From NCBI GenBank assembly GCA_951406725.2, contig OX597818.1:122574001-122638000 (forward strand): a stretch of 64,000 bases of DNA, given 5' to 3'. This document shows, in pieces, positions 55,563 through 64,000 of this stretch. Origin of the DNA: Octopus vulgaris. Its lineage: Eukaryota. The notes under the pieces were generated by a model. That model had not been told where the DNA came from. It worked only from the letters and a program-made list of their open reading frames with translations, and searched no databases. Numbering within the stretch: the stretch's first letter is position 1; the number at the start of each line of letters is the position of its first letter. Position numbers and translations under genes: made by a program.

Positions 55563-55615
55563 TACAACAACAAAAACAAACAACAACTACAACAACAACA
55601 ACAATAATAATAATA

Positions 55616-55646
<31 letters not shown>

Positions 55647-55649
55647 TAT

Positions 55650-56265
55650 TGACTGCCCAATCCTGGCAAAAAGAGGAATATATCCACAGACACGACAGAA
55701 TTGGGAGCTATATACACTGGGAGTTATGCCAGCAGAATGGAATTACAAAAGTAAAAAGATGGTATAGGCACACGCCAGAAAAGGTCACAGAAAATGAGAG
55801 AGCAACTATACTCGGGGATATGCCAATACACACAGAGAAATGAAGCTCAATAGGCCGGATATAGATGTCAGAGATCACCAAGAAAAAATGCTTTCTAATC
55901 GATGTATCAATACCAACAGATGACAATGTTTCTCTAAAAGAAACGGAAAAGAACTTTCAAAATACAAAGATCTTGAAATAGAGGTATATCGAATGTGGAG
56001 CCTAAAAACAGAAACAATTCCTATCACAGTAGTCACATTAGGTATGATAAAATAATATTCAGAAACATATATAACAAAAGCACCAGGACTAACAAGTATA
56101 TGTAACATACAGAATAGAACACTACTAGTCACCGCACACATCATACGTAAAACACTTGCAATACAGTAAAAATAAGAGCATTACAACAAATTACAGCATA
56201 TACCCAAGGCACATAGACCTGCGTTCCGTTGTGCAATGAAAGCACGTGACAAAAATAAGACTACC

Positions 56266-56267
<2 letters not shown>
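55650..56267 (+). mobile_element. R4/Dong-like non-LTR 3' fragment (RLE endonuclease) inside (TAA)n
   Basis: EYIHRHDRIGSYIHWELC..WYRHTPEKV.ENE, NRPDI, CFLIDVSIP, KYKDLEIEVYRMW (PD..D/E.K-type RLE); frameshifted; (AAT)n on both sides. Confidence 0.88.
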
Positions 56268-56328
<61 letters not shown>

Positions 56329-56542
56329 TGATGATGATGATGAGGATGATGATGATGATGATAATAATAATAATAATTATAATAATAATAATAACAACAA
56401 CAATAATGATAATGGTTTCAAATTTGGCCACACAGGTAGCACTTTGTGGGGGGAGGATGAGTCGAATTCAGTGTTTCACTGGTACTTAATTGAAACACTG
56501 GGGGCGATTTAATCGACTCATCCCCTCCTCCAAAATTAATTA

Positions 56543-56813
56543 CGGTGTGTTGCTAGTAATTCACACACATTGGTGAAGTACACCGTGTAAGTAGCCAGCA
56601 GGTCTAAGAACGAGAATCACACCTCGATCAAATTCTTCACCACGCTGTCACAATTGACTGTCATAGCCAGCCATCAAAGCTCTCCACACGCTTATGGTCC
56701 TTTCAGTCTAATGACATAAACACCTTCCCATTTACATTGAATTCTTTGTATTTTTTCAACCACTTCTCAACCACAAATATCCTTACTGTGTGTGAACTAT
56801 TAGCAACACACCA
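56543..56813. mobile_element. Tc1/mariner-type MITE, 271 bp
   Basis: TIRs ggtgtgttgctagtaattcacacaca and tgtgtgtgaactattagcaacacacc (24/26 match), TA on both sides. Confidence 0.82.
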
Positions 56814-57100
56814 TATCACGATCATCTAAATTAGAGTGAAATGTAAATTTTATATCTTTTGAAGCATATTGCGTCACCTGATAAGGTTTTCTGCACATCG
56901 CGAATAATCTGATGTCATTACATCGCTCACAATTCACGAAAGAGCAGTACAGAAGACAGCTGAAACCATTGTTGTGTTAAATAAAGCTTCTAGTTGAACT
57001 GCGTCATCCGTGATAAACGTTACGTGTTGAAGTGGTTGCAGAGCAACGTGTGATGAAGTGTTTTCCTCAAGAATACAACGTACCACTCTGTCCAGTGATG

Positions 57101-57178
<78 letters not shown>

Positions 57179-57739
57179 TATGTTGGTAATTTATAATTAG
57201 AGAGAAAGTGATAATAAAGAAGTCATATTCAAGGAATTATCTCGGAGCTTAATGAATTATTATTTCACTATACATTTCTTTGATAGTTCTTAAGTTAGTT
57301 TGCTGTTCCTATGAAATCTTGCAATATCATAACAGACTGTTAAAACTCTCGAATGATTTTTCAAATTCATAATTTCCTTTCATATCCCCTTCTTTTACCT
57401 TTAGCTGAAATTGGACTACGGTCATGCTGGAGTATTCTATCTGAATGATTTTAAGACATCCTTTTGTCCACATGAATTATTTTGCTATCTGGAAAATATT
57501 TTTGTTGTCGATATATCTTTTTCAAATAACCTAAATTTCGATATCCCATGAGAAATATACATCCAACAAACACAGACACAGACACAGACACACACACAGA
57601 CACATACACACATACACACACACAGACACACACACACACACGCACACACACGCACACACACACACACAGGCGCGCGGATGCACGCATCCATACACTCCTT
57701 TTACAGAATTCTCATATACTAAATGCCATTGAAAATATC

Positions 57740-57953
57740 TATTTCTTTACTGCCCACAAGGGGCTAAACACAGAGAGGACAAGCAAGGACAGACAAAGGG
57801 ATTAAGTCGATCATATCGACTTATTTAATCGACCCCGAAAGGATGAAAGGTAAAGTCGACCTCGGCGGAATTTGAACTCAGAACATAGCGGCAGACGAAA
57901 TACCGCTAAGCATTTCGCCCGACGTGCTACCGATTCTGCCAGCTCGCCGCCTT
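57740..57953 (-). mobile_element. SINE family A monomer
   Basis: 17-bp TSD atgccattgaaaatatc at 57723-57739 and 57954-57970. Confidence 0.93.
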
Positions 57954-58114
57954 ATGCCATTGAAAATATCATTGGACCTGAGAATCTATATGGTTTAAAA
58001 TACTTTTCCCAACGAAACACACAGCGGCACGGGGTTCGAGAACCACGTTGTGGCAAATAGTTCCTTTTAACCAGGCAGCTTTGTCTGCAACGTTTCTATC
58101 TATATGTATGAATA

Positions 58115-58529
58115 GGCGGCGTGCTGGCAGAAATGTTAGCACGTCGGGCGAAATGCTTTGCGGTATTTCGTCTGCCGTTACGTTGTGAGTTCAAATTCCG
58201 CCGAGGTCGACTTTGCCTTTCATCCTTTCGGGGTCGATAAATTAAGTACCAGTCACGCACTGGAGTCGATGTAATCGACTTAATACCTATGTCTGTCCTT
58301 GTTTGTCCCCTCTGTGTTTAGCCCCTTGTGGGTAATAAAGAAATAGGTATTTCGTCTGCCGTTACGTTCTGAGTTCAAATTCCGCCGAGGTAGACTTTGC
58401 CTTTCATCCTTTCGGGGTCGATAAATAAAGTACTAGTTTCGCACTGGGGTCGGTGTAATCGACTTAATCCCTTTGTCTGTCCTTGTTTGTCCCCTCTATG
58501 TTTATCCTCTTGTGGGTAGTAAATAAATA
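58115..58529 (+). mobile_element. SINE family A dimer
   Basis: One head plus a duplicated body; single TSD tatatgtatgaata(g) at 58101-58115 and 58530-58544. Confidence 0.93.
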
Positions 58530-59221
58530 TATATGTATGAATAGCTCAATGAATGGAGACAAGTAGAAAAGATTCCTGGAAAAAAGCAGCAGGAAGTACA
58601 CATTTATGGAGTCGCTTAGTATACAAATGAATCACATTCTTATTCACGATTTTAGAATAATTTATATTAATACGTTCAGCGTATTATTGGTGGGAACTAC
58701 TTGTAGAAATTAGATTCTTCGTTGAGGTTTCATCGTTTAGATAACTCCTTTATGTTATCGCTATGAGCTGTTGTCATCATCTTCCTGAGAATCGTAGACT
58801 TCAACTGAGTAAATGACAAATTACTATTAAAGTTATACTACAATTACTTCCTGCTAACTGGTGATAAATGTCCTGTATAGTCAGCAGTTGCGTTGGATAG
58901 ATTCTATGTTCATCTTGTCTACCGAGCTGCACGAAATTTAGACATCGATATAAAATGCATGCACATAAGTACAAGTATATGAATAAATACCTGCCTGTCA
59001 GTATATATATATATATATGCAGTTACGTGTGTAGCTATGACGCTATCCACGTTTGTATATATGAACGTATATTATATACTTGATTTATTTACTTATGGAT
59101 ATAAATGTATGTCTATATTTGTAAATGGGTGTGCATCTACGTGTATATTTAAATGTGTCTGTGTGCACGCGTGTGCGTGCTTGTGTGTGTGTTTGTGTGT
59201 ATGTATATATATATATATATT

Positions 59222-59340
59222 GACCTGCTCGCTTATCCAGCGGGGTGGCGTCATTTGAAGGCTAAAACAATGCGAAGCGCATTGTGAACAGCGATGTGTA
59301 ACAACATCTGATAGCCTGGTCGGTCACGGTGATCACGGTG
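59222..59340 (+). mobile_element. SINE family C tail type 2 fragment between (TA)n tracts
   Basis: Matches the reverse complement of 44681-44800. Confidence 0.85.
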
Positions 59341-59440
59341 ATATATATATATATATATGCATATCTATCTATCTATCAATCTATCTATCTATATATCTAT
59401 CTATCTATCATCTCTCTATCTATCTATATATATATATCGA

Positions 59441-59518
<78 letters not shown>

Positions 59519-59536
59519 GCTATCTATCTATCTATA

Positions 59537-59606
<70 letters not shown>

Positions 59607-60122
59607 CATCTATCTATATTTCAGTGTGTGTATTCAATATGTTTGTAATGTAATATACGCACAGAAACATACACACAACCAAATAGACGCGCATACACAC
59701 GCAGACATATATATGAACGTATATGTATATATGCATAGACACAAAGACACAAACATATATATACATACATACATATATGTTTTCAGAGCTCAGTCTCTCC
59801 CAGTTTCTATCAGCTATTGTGTTTGTTTTTGTGTGCGTGTGTGTGCGTGTGTGTGCGTGTGTGTGTTTGTGGGTCTCCCTTTATGCGTTTCTCCTCCATC
59901 ACCCTTGACAATCGGTGTTTGTGTGTTTACGTTCATGTAATTTAGGAGTTCGGCACAAAGTTCGGTAGAATGAACACCGGGCTACCTGGCTTATAAAATA
60001 ATAATTACTGACGTAGATTCGCCCGGCTAAAATTCTTGAAGGCTTTGCGATTAAATGTCTGAAACAAGTAAAAGATGAAAGATATATACATATATTACAT
60101 ACATACATATAAACACACACAC

Positions 60123-60186
<64 letters not shown>

Positions 60187-60196
60187 ACACACACAT

Positions 60197-61805
60197 AGGG
60201 TGTTTCAAAAATGTTATATTATTTGAAATGTAAAGGTGCAGGAGTGGCTGTGTGGTAAGTAGCTTGCTTACCAACCACATGGTTCCGGGTTCAGTCCCAC
60301 TGCGTGGCACCTTGGGCAAATGTCTTCTACTGTAGCCTCGGGCCGACCAAAGCCTTGTGAGTGGATTTGGTAGACGGAAACTGAAAGAAGCCCGTCGTAT
60401 ATGTGTATATATATGTATGTGCGTGTATGTTTGTGTGTCTGTGTTTCTCCCCCTAGCATTGCTTGAGAACCGATGCTGGTGTGTTTACGTCCCTGTCAAT
60501 TAGCGGTTCGGCAAAAGAGACCGATAGAATAAGTACTGGGCTTACAAAGAATAAGTCCCGGGGTCGAGTTGCTCGACTAAAGCCGGTGCTCCTGCATGGC
60601 CGCAGTCAAATGATTGAAACAAGTAAATGAGTAAAAGAGAAAAAAGAGTATCACAGAAACTACTTAGTCAAAGCAAATGAAACTAAACAGGCTTAATGTT
60701 GAGCAACATAAGATTTATATCTCCAAATTTGAATGAGAAATTCAAAGTTATGTGGATTCCATGAACACCGCCTTAGGTACGGCACACGTCAAGTCGGTAG
60801 TCAAGCTCCTCCCAAACACGCTGCAGCTTGTCTTGGGTAACAGTCTCCAGTGCGGTAGTGATTCTCTGCTCGGGTCCCTTTATGCTTGCAGGAAAAGTGT
60901 AGGAAATAGACCAGGCATTTCACATAGCCCCAGAGAAAAACATCGCAAGATGTCGGGTCAGGTGAACATGGTGGTCATTTTAACAGCACATTGTCTTCGT
61001 CACCGGCACGCCCGACCCATCTCCCTCGCGGATTGCCATTGAGATAAGCCTGCACGGTGAGCTCCCGGGGAGGTGTGGCCCCGTCATGTTGAAAAATGAA
61101 GTCATGTTCATTTGCTATGAGCTCATCCATTAGCTATTTCTAAAGCATTTGTAGATTAACATCGCCGGTCACATTTTCCCCAAAGAAAAACGGGCCATAA
61201 AGATGCTTCTTCGAGATGGTGCAGAACGCATTCACTTTTGATGAGTCCCTCTCATGTTCGACTGTGGCATGGCAATTTTCGTCACCCCAAATGCGAACAT
61301 TATGCTTTTTGACATTGCCATTTGTATGAAATATGGCATCATTAGTGAAAACAAGACATTCCTTGAACTCGGCTTCTTCACGGTTCGTTTGAATATCAAC
61401 ACAGAATTGTTTGCGCTTTCACTTGTCATCTGCCGTTATGGCCTGAACGAGCTGCAGCTTCTGGGGTTTCATTAGTAAGCGTTTCCTCAGGACGAGTCAA
61501 ACTGTCGTTGGAAGAATCGGCGTTTCCAGACTTGTTCTTCTTATGGACTTGGTGCTTCGCAAGAGTTTTGGCGAACCCGCTCGACCGTCTCTTCCGAAGC
61601 TAGTGGTCGTCCAGATCCTTTTTTGCCCTGCTCAGAGAGCCTTCCACTTTGAATTTTTTGTGCCACTTCCAAATTTCCAATTCTGCATTGCATTGATGAC
61701 TCCTTAAAGACCTCTCTCACAAATGCACGCTGCACAGTCTTGTTCGACTGCGTTCGAGCATACTTCAGTACAGAAAACGTCTTTTCTGTTCCAATGAATG
61801 CCATT
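60197..61805 (-). mobile_element. Decayed Tc1/mariner-superfamily transposon (DUF4817-like N-terminal HTH plus DDE domain) with a nested SINE
   Basis: [61 protein letters not shown] and PCSPD motifs across broken frames. TIR-like TA|gggtgtttcaaaa at 60196. Confidence 0.82.
60235..60648 (+). mobile_element. SINE family B, full length, inserted in the transposon end
   Basis: Close match to 52930-53400. Confidence 0.92.
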
Positions 61806-61866
61806 TGTATACCTCGGTTGTCAAGCGATGGTGGTGGAGACAATCGCACAAAGAAATGCATGCATG

Positions 61867-61960
<94 letters not shown>

Positions 61961-62204
61961 TGTATGTATGTATGTATGTATGTATGTATGTGAAGGTGCA
62001 TGGCTCAGTGGTTAGAGCGTCGAACTTACGATCGTAAGGTTGTGAGCTCGAATCTAGCTCGCATGCAAAATCACTTGTATTCATATAGACTATAAGCAAA
62101 ATTCATGGATGGGGAAGGGGCGCTCTTATTTACTAAAGCTAAATACATAAGTAAGGGTGGGGGGATGTAAAGGTACGGGGTTCTATACAAGTATATATAT
62201 ATAT

Positions 62205-62355
62205 AAAACGGGATTCTTTCAATTTCCTCTTACCAAATCCGCACACCGGGCTTTGGTCGGCCCGTGGCCATAGTAGAAGACACATAACCAAGGTGCCATG
62301 CAGTGAGACTGAACGTAGAACCATACGGTTGGAAAGCAAACTTCTTACCACACAC
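62205..62355 (-). mobile_element. SINE family B 5' half, diverged
   Basis: taccaaatcc.cac...gctttggtcggccc...tagtagaagacac...ccaaggtgcca.gcagtg.gactgaac. Confidence 0.75.
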
Positions 62356-63059
62356 TCATTAACAGGTATATGTGAATTTCTACGTATATAAATGCACAGA
62401 CATAGGCACACAGGCACAAACACAGATACACACACAAACTCATGTGTGTGTATTTGTATGATATATGTATATTGTTTTTTGTCGTTTCTCCCAAATAATT
62501 AATAAAAGTAGAGACTACCACCTGTCACTTTGGTTTCTACTTTCTTAAGATATATGTATATATGTGTGGGGAAATATGTGTTTGTGTGATCCGTGTGAAT
62601 GGGGTTTGAGTGCATATATATATGTATGTATTTCTCTGTGTATGAATACGGTTGTGTGTGTATGTGATTCCGTGTGTTCTTGTGAGTATCTGTGTGTAAC
62701 ATTTTGCACACTTTTCTTCCTCGGAATTTAAGTGATTAGAAGAAAGAAAAGGAGAGAAAAGACGAGGAAATGGGAAAAGTAGATAACAATAGATAATAAA
62801 TATAACGATAAAAAACACAAAAAATTGCAGGTGAAATTGGTTGCAAAATTTGTTTCTTTAACATGATTTTACTAATGGATAGATTTATCAAACTATCACA
62901 GTAAAACACACATATATATGTGAAATATGTGAGTGTATACACACATATACATACACAGACACATGCTGAAAATTCCAGCCAGGATCTAAACCATATGGCA
63001 CATGGAATTCGGAAGCCGGCATTTTAAACTGGTCATGATGCATACGTGCTGTATTTATG

Positions 63060-63178
<119 letters not shown>

Positions 63179-63220
63179 CTGTCTGTGTGTGTGTCTGTGT
63201 GTATGTTTCTCTCTACGTAT

Positions 63221-63279
63221 ATTCCACTGATGAGGCGAAGCATTTCTAAATGCAAAGTCAGAAATCCAGGATCTTGAAT
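63221..63279 (+). ncRNA. Type I hammerhead ribozyme motif, canonical core; cassette extends to about 63515
   Basis: attcca-CUGAUGA-ggc gaa gcattt ct aaatgc aaa gtc-a-GAAA-tcc a gga-UC-ttgaat. Same family as 5581-5640; downstream ctggccacttgataa is shared with 5822-5836. Confidence 0.7.
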
Positions 63280-63511
63280 TATCCAATAATGTTTTACTAG
63301 TTTTACTTTTGTCTTTTTGTCTTCTCTCCTTGTGCTATATTTAACACTTAAGGTGGTTTTAGAGTCAGATCGTGGCTGCTATTTTCCGCATGGCTGTATC
63401 TCGTATATACCCTAAGTTATAATTTTAATAATAATTATTACATTTGAAGGTTCTTATTTCCATTCTGGCCACTTGATAAGATCGTTATTTAATTTAAATT
63501 AACGATCTTAT

Positions 63512-63545
<34 letters not shown>

Positions 63546-63552
63546 ATTTTAT

Positions 63553-63611
<59 letters not shown>

Positions 63612-64000
63612 TGTGCGTGTGTGTATGTGTGTGTGTGTGTGTGTACTGGTCCGGTGGATGAAAAATAGGAATGGATACATTTATGTATATATTCGTATGT
63701 GTATTTTATGGAAAAAGCCGGTTATGGCATGCTTTGTGCCGAAACATCATGCTGTTGTTTTGGGCAAAGCTGAGTGTGCAGGATCAAATTCCATAAGCAA
63801 TATGTGGTGGACCAGTAATTAAGCATTTATTTCTTTTCATCTGAACAGGATTAAATTTGTGTTTTCCGCAGTCATTGCAGGTATACGGGTGAAGAATCTG
63901 TATTCTGCCTTTGAGTACAGAGATTTTCTGCTGAACGCCGAGACAGGGTATTGCCTAACTTTTGTGTGTAAAGCCGGTTGCCGAATTTCGGTCAAATGGC

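Noticed and set aside
63840-64000. Possible exon (ttttccgcag acceptor-like) or start of an L1/Tx1 endonuclease
   Set aside because: Cut by the window edge, with too little sequence to decide.

Overview
AT-rich, microsatellite-saturated animal genomic DNA (intergenic or intronic) with no host protein-coding exon that I can support. The SINE repertoire and repeat density suggest an octopod cephalopod, which is an inference. The ORF track is mostly microsatellite read-through or transposon remnants. Mobile elements present: three tRNA-derived SINE families (several with clean target-site duplications), CR1-group, RTE, L1/Tx1 and R4/Dong-like non-LTR fragments, two decayed Tc1/mariner-superfamily transposons, three MITEs, a decayed Helitron Rep/helicase and a non-autonomous Helitron. 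The main hidden signal is non-coding: about 14 minimal type-I hammerhead-ribozyme (HHR) motifs, intact or decayed, from several sequence families. They lie in short ORF-less cassettes, nearly all embedded in (TA)n tracts, and often show fold-back inversions, including a perfect 468-bp palindrome and one circularly permuted inverted copy. This fits non-autonomous Penelope-like pseudo-LTR or retrozyme-type elements targeting (TA)n. All folds and alignments were done by eye; none is computationally or experimentally confirmed.
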